Origin: Octopus sinensis
Taxonomy: Eukaryota
Length of the DNA: 64,000 nucleotides
NCBI RefSeq assembly: GCF_006345805.1
Contig: NC_043008.1
Coordinates: 42,718,001 to 42,782,000 of the forward strand
Direction: 5' to 3'
The notes beneath the pieces are model-generated. The model worked only from the letters and a program-made list of their open reading frames with translations. It ran no database searches and had not been told where the DNA came from. The position numbers were made by a program, and so were the translations under genes. Below, one piece after another: positions 26,280-40,586 of this stretch; position 1 is the stretch's first letter, and every line of letters begins with the position of its first letter.

Positions 26280-26670
26280 GCAACATTCTAAATACTGCCT
26301 CGATTTACCTGGCATTGTACCTAAGGGCCTTCACGGAAGTACGGACCAACGTCCATCCCCTCGGAAAGATGAGCTGTAACCTTTATTCTCCTATCTGTAT
26401 TCTTCAGTCTACTGTTTAACTCCTTATTCTTCTATCTAGTATTTTATTCCTTATAAACTGTGAATTTCCCTGTCTAGAACCTTCATACATACCCACCTCG
26501 TCTCTGATGACGAAATACCCAACTTACGGACATGCTAGCCTATCACTTGAGATATATCAGAAAGAGGTGTAAGACTTCAAATCCACCTTATCCTAATTAA
26601 ATTATTATAAATGAGTTGCGATACTCGTCCGGCCTTCGTTCTTGTTGTCCTTTATACCTCTAACAGGATA
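26280..26670 (+). mobile_element. Penelope-like terminal fragment containing a hammerhead-like motif at 26500-26575
   Basis: gtct CTGATGA ... GAAA gaggtg TA agac; ends in (TA)n. Confidence 0.55.
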
Positions 26671-26687
26671 TATGTATATATACATAC

Positions 26688-26729
<42 letters not shown>

Positions 26730-26750
26730 TTATATATATATTACTATATA

Positions 26751-26824
<74 letters not shown>

Positions 26825-27235
26825 ATATATATTCACTCGTGAATCTCATTATAAACAACATGGACCAATTTTCTTCTTAAGAAAAAATATATTTTCATAT
26901 AAATTGAACATTGTATCATGATAGCGATTGCGAAACCATCGATACGTTAAAAATTATACTATAACCATGTAAGTGTGCGTATTTTCCGTTTTTATTTTTC
27001 TTATATACATTACAATCCACCATTCCTCTCTTCTATTACTACTATATATATATATATTATATATATATATAACTATATATATATATATATAATATATATA
27101 TACTATATATACACATATATAGCTATATACATTATATATATACATATATATAATCAACTATATATATAATATATACAATATATATACAATATATATATAA
27201 TCATACTATAAATATACATATATATATATATATTA

Positions 27236-27299
<64 letters not shown>

Positions 27300-28139
27300 G
27301 TATACATATATACGGAAAGTATATATGTACATATAAATACAAACATCTATACATACATATGTGTATATATGTGAACCTATTTGATTATTAATCTACATAC
27401 GTACGTATTATATGTATTTGTGCATGTATGTATGAGTGTGTTTATGTGTATAAGTATCCCGAAATTGTAAGACAATATATACAAGATTTGCTTTCATATA
27501 TCATCATCACAATCATCTTCATCATTTTTTTTTTTTGTGTTCATTTATTAGAAATGCCTTCAGAACGTCAGGTATATATTGTTCAAAGCAAAAATTCGAA
27601 CTGCAATAATAATTGATAAACATTATTAAAGTTTCGCCTAGAATAAAAAAAAAATGTTGTTAAAGAAGATTTGTATCAAATTGATGCCTTTCTCCTGTGT
27701 TTATATTGCTAAATAGTAATTACTCTGCTCAAATGTATAATTACCATATCACAAATTAATGAGGATTTTCTATTTTCATCAATCCAATCAAATCTACTTA
27801 AGTATATTCTAAATTAACGACGTTTTAATCTTATGCCATTCTGTAGGCGCAGGTAGACATCAGGAGAAATGTATTCAGTCCCTGAACGTTCCATATTTGA
27901 AGGGAAAATATGAATTGTTGCTCTTGTAGGGACTTCATGGAAGCAACCAAGATCCTTGTAAGAAATTGTTTGTGCAAAAATGTCAAGCAGTCTGTATGGA
28001 ACAGAAAAAGTATTCCACGTTGCTGGTATTGAAAATAACGGCTTAGAGGAGTAAGGTCGTGCGTTCGATACACAGCAGTGCACAGCGTACTGAGCAACAC
28101 TCTTTATTTCACTCCAGTCTACTCATGCGGCGAAAATGA

Positions 28140-28325
28140 GTGGTTTCTGTAATTCAAAAGGCCAGGCTTGTCACATTACTTTTTCACCCTGAATCTCCTT
28201 GAGAACTACGTCATGGGTTAGTGTGTCTGTGGAGTACTCAGCCATTTGCACGATAATTTCATGAGCAAGCTGTTCCATTGATCGGATCACCTGGTTCACT
28301 CATCGTCGAAACCGACGGAGTACCA
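28140..28325 (+). mobile_element. Probable SINE 3' fragment
   Basis: gagaactacg...tgtctgtggagtactcagcc...gatcggatcacctgg...accgacggagtacc. Recognised from recall of cephalopod repeats only. Confidence 0.5.
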
Positions 28326-28440
28326 TTCGTTGCATATCGAGAACATCTTCAGAGCTCTATCGGTTATTTTTTGCATCATCCAACTAAAACACTTTCAGGC
28401 AAAATTGCAGTTTTATATCACCAATCTTATTTTTTTTTTG

Positions 28441-28666
28441 TTTGTTTCAGTCATATGACTGCAGCCACGCTGGAGCACTGCATTTAGTCGAATAAATCAA
28501 CCTCAGGACATATTCTTTGTAATCCTAGCACTTATTCTATCGGTCTCTTTTGCCGAACCGCTAAGTTACGGGGATGTAAACACAACAACATCGGTTGCCA
28601 AGCGATGGTAGAGGTGCAGACACGCAAACATGTACACATACACACGCAGACACACACAACACACAC

Positions 28667-28720
<54 letters not shown>

Positions 28721-28916
28721 CTATATATATATGTGTGTGTGTGTGGGGTGGAGAGAGAGAGAGAGAGAGAGAGAGAAACACCCTTTCAGTTTCCGTCTAC
28801 CAGATCCACTTGTCGGCACGAGGCTATAGTACAAGACACATACTTCAAGGTGCCACGCAGTGGGACTGAACTTGGAGCCATCTGGTTGGAAAGCAAGCTT
28901 CTTACCACACAGCTAC
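28441..28916 (-). mobile_element. tRNA-derived SINE family B, full length, with internal microsatellite
   Basis: Reverse-complement head cttaccacacagc / gtgggactgaac, CORE-like caaggtgccacgcag, and 3' end gtttcagtcatatgactgcagcc. Confidence 0.9.
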
Positions 28917-29403
28917 ATCTATATATCACTTTTTTTGTTGTGTTTTGTTTTTTACTATAACTGAGCCAGACGCTGCAGTTATTCGGTCTCTTTGCTTTAA
29001 ACACACGAAATTCGACATTCATAGTCAACATCGTTAATGCAAATGCTATGAAGCCATGAACTGGTTAATAGATATACACTTCAGCGTTAAGTCATATGTT
29101 GGAGTTGTTATATAAACTAATCCGGAATGAACGCATTGCTGTATTTTATTGAATTAATTTCTGTTCCTAAGTACTCCAGTATTGATTTGCGTGTAAAAAT
29201 TGATAAACCTCTGATAGGTATGATACGAACGCTACTTTACGTCTGCCTGGTAGCATCACATTCGTCGATTGATCTAATGGTTGTTACAGAGAACATGCTT
29301 GTTAGTTATCCAACTTAGTAATTTATATCGTAGTGTAGTGTCACAGAAGGAATCAGACTGTTCTAACTCGATATTAGGACGGGGTTCCTTGAACGTTACT
29401 CAC

Positions 29404-29427
29404 CCGTTCGAACGGATTTCGCTGGTT
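29404..29427 (-). CDS. Candidate 24-nt symmetric micro-exon
   Basis: Minus strand reads actactttttccag|AACCAGCGAAATCCGTTCGAACGG|gtgagt. Open in all three frames and GC-rich relative to its flanks. Confidence 0.35.
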
Positions 29428-30513
29428 CTGGAAAAAGTAGTGTTTTAAGATTCAGTAAAAAAAAAAAATTATAATTCTCTGTTGATGAAAATGATGTGAC
29501 TTACAGCGAGCCAACGAGTAGGTTCAACGTGGTCGATTGACCTGCTAGAAATAGCAGTCGAATCTTCCATAAATTACACTGAACTGTCTAGAAAAATGGG
29601 AAATGTGAGTCTGAAAGAACTTAAAGCACATATTAATAATACAATGTGGCAAGAAGTCAGCAATTCCGGAGAAGAGAAATGGTTTACGCGGTGCCAGTTA
29701 GTCTAATGAAGAATTAAATGAACCGAATTGATATAACATAGATTATACCAGGTAAAAACATCGAAGTCTAGACTGCTCAAAAGGTTTGACAGATGTGATA
29801 ACTAGCAGAAGCCAAAAAATATGTTTTCTCTAGTATGTATATGGTATTCTATTTCAATAAATTGTTATGCACAAAAGTAACTGAAGTTCCAGCGATGTCT
29901 CTTCATTTCAGAGGGTGGAAATTACGTTTTAGTTCAAACTTCAAATACTTCCTAACTACTCATGAACAAAGCTAATCAATGATTATCTCCTATCAATACA
30001 TTCCTGCGCACTGGAACATAAAAGACATTTGCTGCGGGAGAATGCCATAATGGAAATTTTAAATTATCTCTCTATAACTCAAAGAGAGATCGGTAGATTA
30101 TCAGATACAAAGGTTCTACATGGGTTTGCCTTATCAATGCCAGACAATGTCTCGGTCATGTCGATCTAGGTAGGAACATTAAGTAAGCGCAACTATGAAA
30201 GGATCAAAAATGCATATCGGAAACATCTGTAAGTCTACGATGTAGAAATAAATAAATGTGTAATGTTCATAATTCATACATTTTGTTGTATATAACTCTG
30301 CGAAAACATATTATATCAACCGGGGAATGCAATCACTGATTTCCAGAGTCCACTGGTGATGGACTTCCAATTGAGATATCGCCTTATGATTAGCAATTCT
30401 ATACCAAAGAGAAACTCTTTTGTTATCCTGATGTATTTGTATTAACAGAGAGTTAATAAGTATTTTACTAGGATTGATAGTCACTTACAACGCACACACA
30501 CACACACACGCAC

Positions 30514-30555
<42 letters not shown>

Positions 30556-30844
30556 ATATATATATATATATATTATATATTAATATATATATATATTTAA
30601 GTAGGTGAATGAATTATCCTAGTATTGATAATTCTGTTAACCGATACCTGGGTAGCAATTCACGTAGGAAAACCGGTTGAAGCTACATGCCAAGGTTGAA
30701 ACTCCGTATTCTTGTGTGGTAATTTGTGTAATATTTAAAATGAATAAAAGAATGGAGTTCAAACGAGGATTTTAACACAATTTCCAACTCTGTTTTTTTA
30801 TGTTTTATTTATATCTTTATATATTAATAGTATAATATAGATAT

Positions 30845-30880
<36 letters not shown>

Positions 30881-31409
30881 GATATATATATATACTTATA
30901 TACATACAAATATTTGTTGATGGTACTGAGGCATGCCAAGGAAACGAGGCAGCGAGATCCAAAATATGGGTGCGCGCGTTTAATCTCAACACACGATTTT
31001 ATCTCTGAAGAAAACTTCTTTCGCTTTTCCGTCGTACACTTCACCAAATTTCTGCAATTATTTTTGCAATTATTAACCATTAAACACGAAATGTAATCAA
31101 GTGGTTCAATAACAATCCTGCAAATAAAAACCTGAAGAATCTTTTACATACTTCAAATGATATTTTATTATCTCTCAATGGAAATAAAAAATGTTCTACT
31201 TTTAAAGACAACGAATTAGGCTAATCACGACTCTTTGAAGAATATTTTATGTTTCGGAGTAAATTTCTTTTACGTTCTGCTATAAACGTTTTGATGAGTT
31301 TTAAGGATGTCTCATGAAGCTTCTGACATTTACTGTTTGACGTATATAGTAGTTGCAGTAAGAAAGGATTTGACTAATGTGTGTGTATGTGTATGCGTGC
31401 GAGTATGTG

Positions 31410-31465
<56 letters not shown>

Positions 31466-32396
31466 TATATATGTATGTATATGTTTGTGCACATTTATGT
31501 ATGTATATAAGTATATATATAGATAGATAGATAAATAGCTAGATAGAGGGACAGAGAGAGGAAGAGAGCGAAAAATTCAGCGAGAGCGGGAGAGACAAAA
31601 AGAGATATGTGTACATATACATGTGGTGTGTGTGTGTGTGTGTGTATGTGTGTGTGTGTGTGAGTGTGTGTGTGTGTGGGGGGGGGGGGTGCGTGTTTGA
31701 TGAAGCATGTACCTCCTGCTATTGATGTATAGTATTTGTCAGGAACGTTTTGATTTTTAGCTTAATTAACAGTCCACACACACACGCACACACGGACACT
31801 CACACACACACATGTACACATGTATAATATATAAAATATATGCATATTTTACATGTATATGTGTGGTGGGGGATGAATATCGTTACGTAAATGTCAACAC
31901 AAAGTTATATACACCCACTGACAAACGCATAACAACCGCCACACCTATTGTAGAAATATGAGCATAAACCACCTCGTGTCTCTCTTTCTCTCTCTTCTAC
32001 CCTTTCTCACTCACTATCTCTCTCTCTCTTTCTTTCTCTCTTTCTCTATTTTTCTCTCTCCCTCTCTCTTTCTCTCGTTTTCCTCACTGTTTCTCCCGAA
32101 TGCATTTCTTCAGATGAAGCTCTGTATATATGCATGTATGTATGCATGTATGTATGTATGTATGTATTATGTGTGTATATATGTATGTGTGTATATATGC
32201 ATGTATGTATGTATGTATGTATGTATGCCTGTACGTATGTACGTATGTATGCATATATCTATGTACGTATATACGTATGCATTATGTACGTATGTATGTG
32301 CGCGTATATCTACGTTTATTTTTAAATCTATCTGTCTATCTATTTATCTATTTATCTATCTATCTGTCCATCTATCCATATCTATCTATATATCCA

Positions 32397-32431
<35 letters not shown>

Positions 32432-33728
32432 ATGTATGCATGAGTGTGCGTACAATTAGTCTTCTCATTTTCAAAATGGAGATTACTTGACTTGACTTGA
32501 GTTGTAAGATTCAGATTCAATTTTGACGCAAATTAACCTCCGTATATATATCTGTTTCCTTGCTCATACAATTACATACACAGACACCACACGCAAAATG
32601 CGTGGATGTATATATATATATATATATATAATCATTAGATCGACTAAACTATAACTCAAGAGACTTCTCCATGCATTATAGATGTTGAGTCAATAAACCA
32701 TTTGTTAACCAGATAATTTCCTGCAGTAGTACACTTGTTTCAATTAATTACCCACATTAGCCATTCCACAGAACGGAACGGTTGGACATATGATGGCTTC
32801 CTCCTGTCCACTGGCAATTTCATCTTCGTGCTTTATTACGACAAGGAGTTAAATCTGGTCGTTAGAGAAAGCAACCAAAATGCTTTCAAATTAGACTGTA
32901 ATATAAGCGTATTTATTAAAGATTGTTGTATATCAGTTTGGTGTTCAATGGAATAGAATTGATCATAGATTGACTTGATCAGGGATAGCGATGGGCTAAA
33001 CAACAACATGAATGCGGTGACTGTATCCAAGTGACTTTATCTAAACTTAGTAGCGTTGTCTTTTTTTTTGTGTATCAAAGCAGAAGCAATTCCTTTATTT
33101 AATGTTTTAAACCATCTCATATTTATTCAGATACGAATCTGTAATAACAATGCCAATATCTCTGATCATGTCAACGTATAGTTGTGTATCTGTCTAAATT
33201 ACGTTATTTGTTTTCAAACCAAACACAGGACTGTGACATTAAGTAGCAGTCCTTAGAGCCAAGGGTTTTGCAGTTCATTCTTAATATCCATATCTGTACA
33301 TACCAATATATCCAAAACAATATTTGTGTCTCTATATTCTACAAATTCTCCGCAGTTCTCTGCGAATATATCTCTTCAAAGAAATGCTTTGGTGGTCGAC
33401 ATATTTCAAAGTAGATTAAATTAGTTACCTGCACAGATCAAATATACTGACGTAGATTGAATGTGAATATGTCGGTGATACAGAACAAAATGGCTATTGT
33501 TTCATCCTATTCATGTTAGAAACTAAGGTCAAAAGAACAAATTCCTTTCGATTGGTAAAATCACCAAAACTTCAATAATCATTCTTTGTGATATTAAACT
33601 AAATTTTTTTTTTTTTTATTTTGTTGCTTCATGTCAATTTCATTTTTAGACATTGAATTCGAATTCCACCGAGATCAAGTCTGTCTTTTACCACTTCAAA
33701 AGACAACAAACTGAAAAATTTTTTTAAC

Positions 33729-33907
33729 TCCTGAGGCGAAAGTGCTTCCTAGAATTTTTTTCCGGCCCTTTGCGTTGTAAGTTCAAATTCCGCTGTGGTC
33801 GTCTTTGCCTTTCATCAATGAAATAAGAACCAATTGAACACTGATGTTGATATGATCGTATTATCCTCTCTTCGAAATTGCTGGCCTTGTGCCTAAATAT
33901 GAATCCT
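33729..33907 (+). mobile_element. SINE family A, degenerate
   Basis: gttcaaattccgc...gcctttcatc...ggccttgtgcctaaa. Confidence 0.75.
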
Positions 33908-33929
33908 TTATTATTGTTGTTATTATATT

Positions 33930-33989
<60 letters not shown>

Positions 33990-33992
<3 letters not shown>

Positions 33993-34105
33993 TAGTTTTA
34001 TTTTTATAGCGTGCTTTCACTTCACTACCGAGCGCAGCTCTGTGTGCCTGGGTATGTGCTGTGATTTGTTGTGATGCTCTGATGGTATTGTATGGACAGT
34101 GTTCT
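33990..34105 (-). mobile_element. Short retroposon 3' end between TTA tracts
   Basis: Homologous to 11686-11790. Confidence 0.65.
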
Positions 34106-34120
34106 TTATTATTATTATTA

Positions 34121-34151
<31 letters not shown>

Positions 34152-34180
34152 TTATTATTATTATTAATATTATTATTATT

Positions 34181-34213
<33 letters not shown>

Positions 34214-34353
34214 GCCTTTGCACAGCTTCTAACGCTGGAGATGTACTACAGTGTCAGCTGTTCATTACCAGTGAACTAAGGTAACACCTCTTATTTTTCG
34301 AGCACCTTCCGGAGTATTCGAGCGGTTCCAAGAAGTGCTGTTTTCTGCAAGTG
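34214..34353 (-). mobile_element. R4/Dong-like extreme 3' fragment
   Basis: HLQKTALLGTARILRKVLEK* plus UTR plus (AAT)n; nearly identical to 43790-43886. Confidence 0.85.
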
Positions 34354-35129
34354 TTGATTTACTCTACTTTATATGTTATTTAAATTTAAAATTTGTTAAT
34401 TTACAACACAGGTCATAATAGCAAGAATATTGACAGCGAGAGAGAAACAAATCTGATGGTCATAACCATAACAACAACAACAATAATGCAGTTCCTATTT
34501 GTCCCATGAACTTCTCAAGATATTATTATTATCATCATTATTATTATCATTATTGTCATCATTGATTCATACGATTTATGCGAGTTTATCCATGGATTCT
34601 ATGTATATCTCTATTCTCTTGATATGCAGAAACCTAAGTCTTCTAAAATGTACAAATGTGTTTCTATACGGCATCGGTTTTGCTTAACTGTCGAACTTTT
34701 GTGCTGTTATGGCAGTGTCTTGTATATTGCTCAATGATTGTACAACGTGACTTATCTTAGTTTTGGAGGGTGGCCGGTCTATTAGCATTCTTGCTTCATG
34801 TGTGTGCTCTGTGATTCATATTATGTGTTTTTGTGTCAGGTCATGTAAAGCATATCCTGTGTGAATTCCATGAGATTTTATTATGATGTCGGCTATCACT
34901 TATGTAAGATTATTATTGTGGTCTCTAATTTGTTGGCCATTCCGTAGAATGTCAGTGTTGTGCAGTTGTATAGAGCAAGTCACGTGCTCCATACAGTATC
35001 CACGTGATATTTCTTTTGGTGGTTATTGTATAAAGCGTACTGTTTCCTGAGTTACGCTTTCAAATTGAAAATGTCACGTTTCGTTTGTGACGTTGTACCA
35101 AGAAAGGTTATAATTTGGACTGAGCGTAA

Positions 35130-35430
35130 AATAAAGAACCCCAGTAAGGTTTCTTAGGCTTATATTCAAACTTCTTATTACATCTGATGTTCCTATTATT
35201 AAAGACATTTTTTGTTTTGCTCTTCATTCTGCCACATTCTGCTTCTTTCTATTTCCAATTGCAAGTTATTTGACAGTTTTTTCAAACTTCTTACTTGCAA
35301 TCGTTTCAATGCCGGAATATTTCTCTCCATAAATATTGTTTCGTTTCAGTCCATTATAATTTCCAGCAAAGACTGCCTTCATCTTCTTGTCAGAATGGAC
35401 AGGCATATCCGAGATGATCGAAGGTTAGGT
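35130..35430 (-). mobile_element. Highly degenerate RLE fragment
   Basis: Frameshifted remnants ISDMPVHSDK..LQLEIERSRMWQ..IIG, beside CAT/TAT tracts. Confidence 0.45.
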
Positions 35431-35464
35431 CTTTGCCATGTTTAATGCATTTCTCATCAATTTT

Positions 35465-35523
<59 letters not shown>

Positions 35524-35687
35524 GATTATGATTATCATTATTATTATTCTTATCATCATCATCATCATCACCATCAGAAGTAGTAGTAATATGTGGGGAC
35601 CGAGATTGTGGTTTCACTTCCTAGACCGGGTCGTGCATTGTGTTCTTGAGCAAGACACTTCATCTCACGAGTTATTAATAGTAAAAA

Positions 35688-35731
<44 letters not shown>

Positions 35732-35780
35732 AGCGAAATATATAGCAGCATGAACGTCTGTGTATGTCTGTATATATGTA

Positions 35781-35866
<86 letters not shown>

Positions 35867-36058
35867 TGTGTTTGTGCATGTATATATATATATAGAGAGA
35901 GAGAGACACAGAGAGAGTGTTAGGTCTCATGTACATATATATATGTGTGTTTCAGTGTGTTAGTGCATGTGTATATATACATATATATATATGTGTGTGT
36001 GTGTGAGTGTGTGTGTGTGTGAGTGTGTATGTATAGAGTGTTAGGTCTAATATACATG

Positions 36059-36094
<36 letters not shown>

Positions 36095-36586
36095 CTAGCG
36101 CATGCGTGTGTGTGTGTGCGCGCGCGCAGAGAGGAAGGAAGAAAGATCGATAAATAAAAGCTTATGTGGGTCGGTATGTAGATTATTTTAGAAGTATTTT
36201 CATTAGAAATGTTTCCGTTTCTACAACCTCTATAAAAGAGAGGAACTGCTACTACTAAAACTAGAACTAAAACTACTACTCTTTACTCGTCCTGCCCCCG
36301 CTCTTCATCCCCCTCCCCAATTCCTCCCACTACTACAACAGCTGCTACGTTTACGACTACTGCTACCACCACAGGTACTGCAACCATTACTGTTATGTAG
36401 AAGCGCGTGGGTCTGCGCCAGTTTGGATTAGCCAAACTGGATCATCGTGTAGAGAGACAGAGTAAAACAGATTTAATCCTATTATACTATAGTTATGAAT
36501 TAACATGCTTACAAGTGTGTGGAGTCAGTGAAGAATCAGATTGTATGATTTGCGAGCTTAAAAAAGAAACTTTTCGATATCATCCA

Positions 36587-36646
<60 letters not shown>

Positions 36647-37028
36647 ACTTTCTCTCACTCATGCACTCACTTGCCTATGCATAACAGAAATATATGTCTA
36701 TATCTATTATATATGAATATATTTATTATTATATATATATATTATATATATATATATTATATATATATTCATATATATATATATATATATGTATATGTAT
36801 ATATATATATATGTATGTATGTGTATATATTGTATGTATGTATGTATGTATATATATACATACAATTACATGTATGTAAATATAGGCATATAGGAGTGTG
36901 TAGGGAGTGTACAATTAAAGAAGTTCAGTACAGATATCATTGAAAACTCATCGATGTCAATAACAATATACGTAAACAAAAACTGGTTGGAACTCCCTCC
37001 AGCTTAAAATCCAAATGCATGAAATATA

Positions 37029-37106
<78 letters not shown>

Positions 37107-37758
37107 ATTTATGTAGGTATATATGTGTGTATATGTATGTGTATGTATATTTGTAAATATATGTATTTTTATATGTATAGATGGTGAAAAATTCCCATTT
37201 CTAGTGCTTTTTCTATTTCAAACACTCTATCTTGGTTCTGGTTATGCATTATATCCTTGTTGTTCTTAAGGCACTACGGCATGATGTACAGGATAATTAA
37301 TAGCTATTCCTCAGAGATCAGCCTTCTATATCCTATTTCATTAATTATTTCTTTATTACTATGATCTTGTCTTCGACGTCGCCTAAAACCATATCTAAAA
37401 TGCATTCCATAATTTTACAGCTTTTTTGCCCAAGTCTATATATTTTGGATTGGAAACACCTGTGTTGAGTGCAGCCTAAATGCCACATACGAAATACTCT
37501 AGTCTACGAAGCACTATTAATCTATGTATTTATTTATTTATTTTCATTTTCTCACAATTCTAAACACAAACGGCATCCTGAAATTATGTTTTAACCCACG
37601 GGAATAACTCTTTCTCCGTGAAGAACACAGTTTCTTATCGCAACAGAAATTAACATCTGCTTCCTAAGGATAGATATTTCAGTAGACGTGAAAATCTTAA
37701 TCAAACCTATCTCAAAGGAAAAGAGCTACATTCACACCATTGGTGCACAAAAGTTAAT

Positions 37759-37848
<90 letters not shown>

Positions 37849-38067
37849 TGTGTAACGTAATGGTTAATATGAACCATTGGTTTCGTATATAGTGTGAACT
37901 AGACATTTCTTCAGTTTTTCTAAACGATAACCGTTCTCTGCAAAGAATGTTTTTTAAAACACAAGAACGCCCGTGATAGATCAATAAATATTCCCCTTAA
38001 AAACTCATGACCGGGTGAGTTGACTTCCTTCGCTTGAAGTAAAACTTTTCGAAAATGTGGACAACTG

Positions 38068-38103
<36 letters not shown>

Positions 38104-38586
38104 TACTAGAAAGAAAATCAAAACGAAAATCAAAACGACAAGGTATAATTTAGAGGGGGAATTGTACAGTTCACAAGGAATAAAATTCACAGTTTATGCG
38201 GAAAAAAATAAAAGAATAACGGAGTAAAATAGAAGAATAAAGAGAAAACTAGTTAGAAGAATATAGGCAGAAGAATAATGTCCACAACTCATATTTTTCG
38301 AGAGGATATGGATGTTGGTCGGCACTTCTATGAACGTACAGGCTTTTCGTTGAAATCTCACTATATATATATATATGTTGAATATTCTTTTATTATTATA
38401 CTTGCTTCAGTGACTAAAGAAATTAGTTTAATAATGGGGCATATAAGCCCTCGACGGAAAAAAAGTAGATTTTCCTCTACCTGCGGGACAGCAAATGTGC
38501 TACGATTTACACCAACGCATAATCTGCTTCTTTCCGGCAGATTTTAAGAACTATGTATATATGTCTATGTTTGTGTGTATGTGTGT

Positions 38587-38638
<52 letters not shown>

Positions 38639-39423
38639 ACATACTTGCATATATATATACACACACATATGCGTATGTTTGTATATATATGTTTGTATGT
38701 AAAATGGCTGAAATGTCAATAAATGTTGAGAGAATATTTAACGCAAAATCAAGGGTTTAAAGAGAGAAATGCCCCAAGATATCACGTACGATGTTGTAAA
38801 AACTAAGATTTGAAATCTTAGAATTAGTTTTGCATGTATAAATGCAAAATTTGATAGCAAAATTCTGTAAGCTGGAAACGAAACCAAAAGCCTCTCATAC
38901 ATTCTAATAAAAAGAATGCATTCTGTTTCCGTTGAGAATAACAATGATTGCATCTTTTAATATATGTACCTTTAGTACGTTGTACAACTTAATTTAAATT
39001 GGAAAATATAATCAGAGAATTAGACGTGACCTCAAAAAATATTCAGAGTATATTAATACAAAAAAATGATTTAAAGATAAATAATTAGGAATTCTACAAA
39101 ATACCTGCATGTTTGCAGCTAGGAAATGTGAGGCGGGTTTGGGGGGAAAAAGTTGTTGGAAACTATTCTGCAATATTTGAAGAAAACATATACTGCAGTT
39201 ATGAACGTGATGTTTGTAAATCTATAACGAGATCTCAAAGATTAAGCAGACACGAGATATTTACTGCAAAAGGGTTCTTTCGATAGAAACTGAAATGAGG
39301 AGATGACTGTTGGGCATATATAAATATGTATGTGCGTGTGTGTGGATAAAAATATGTATGTATGTATTACATGAAAAGCAACAATAACGGGGAACACACT
39401 AGTGGAGGCTAAGTTAACAAGAA

Positions 39424-39471
39424 TTGGGATAATAATAATAATGATAATAATAATAATAATAAATAATAATG

Positions 39472-39514
<43 letters not shown>

Positions 39515-39561
39515 TAATAATAATAACAATAATAATAATGACAATAATAATAATAATAATA

Positions 39562-39612
<51 letters not shown>
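39424..39612. repeat. (AAT)n microsatellite
   Basis: Direct. Confidence 0.97.
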
Positions 39613-39613
<1 letters not shown>

Positions 39614-39800
39614 GAGCGTCAATAAGAAGATATTTAAAATGTTAAGAGATAGGTATATATATTCTTGTTTTGTTGCTGATAAAATACAAAACAAAAACCG
39701 ACATTGAATACCATCCTGCAACAATTAACACGTACAGACATTTCAAATTTCACACGTGTGTGCATGCGTGTGTGTTTGTATGTATATATTGATATGTTTA

Positions 39801-39889
<89 letters not shown>

Positions 39890-40094
39890 CAGATAGATAG
39901 ATAGATAGACAGATAGATAGATAAACAGATAGATAGATAGATAGGCAGATAGATAGATAGATAGATAAACAGACAGACAGACAGATAGATAGATGCCAGT
40001 ATCCTGGGAGGAAGCAAAAAACATGGTGAATCAGTCTAAAACAAATATGAGTTCAAAAAACAGAACAATGCTTTATAAAAAGACTAAATATGCA

Positions 40095-40146
<52 letters not shown>

Positions 40147-40511
40147 GAAGGGAGAGAGAATGAAGGAAAGGGATTAATCATGTAGAGAAAAAGAATCTGA
40201 AAGTAATTCCAACCGAACGTGTGAATGAGTGCAAAGAGGAGGAACCAGAGAGATAAAAACGTGTAGAATGAAAAGAATGTAAATCTAAGTCTATAGAAAT
40301 AAAATGGTTTGTCACAGAAGGAAGGATTTTCCTAGTTTTGAGAAGAAGAGTAATAATTGCGTTTATTGATTAACGTATATTTTTTAAGTTTTCATTTTGC
40401 TTTTTGCTGTATGTTTTTTAGTGTGTATTTGCTAAAACAGAAGTTGTGTGTCAGAATAACCTGGGTGAGAATTGTACAAAGGTATCATGTCTTAATCAGA
40501 TTCCTACTCAC

Positions 40512-40586
40512 TCCTCCGCTGTGTCTGGTGATTGTCGTTTTCTGTCTCCTGCGATTCTTTGTCTGTGAGATGTTCTTCAACGATGC
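40512..40586 (-). CDS. Candidate 75-nt symmetric phase-1 coding exon (xIVEEHLTDKESQETENDNHQTQRR)
   Basis: Minus strand reads gcaatttttcacaagttag|GCATC...CGGAGGA|gtgagt. Open frame, GC-rich relative to its flanks, charged composition. Confidence 0.4.

Noticed and set aside
27814-28100. Overlapping 89-aa ORFs; YKDLGCFHEVPTRA looks WSC-domain-like
   Set aside because: The remaining WSC cysteines are absent, and ORFs of this length are expected by chance.
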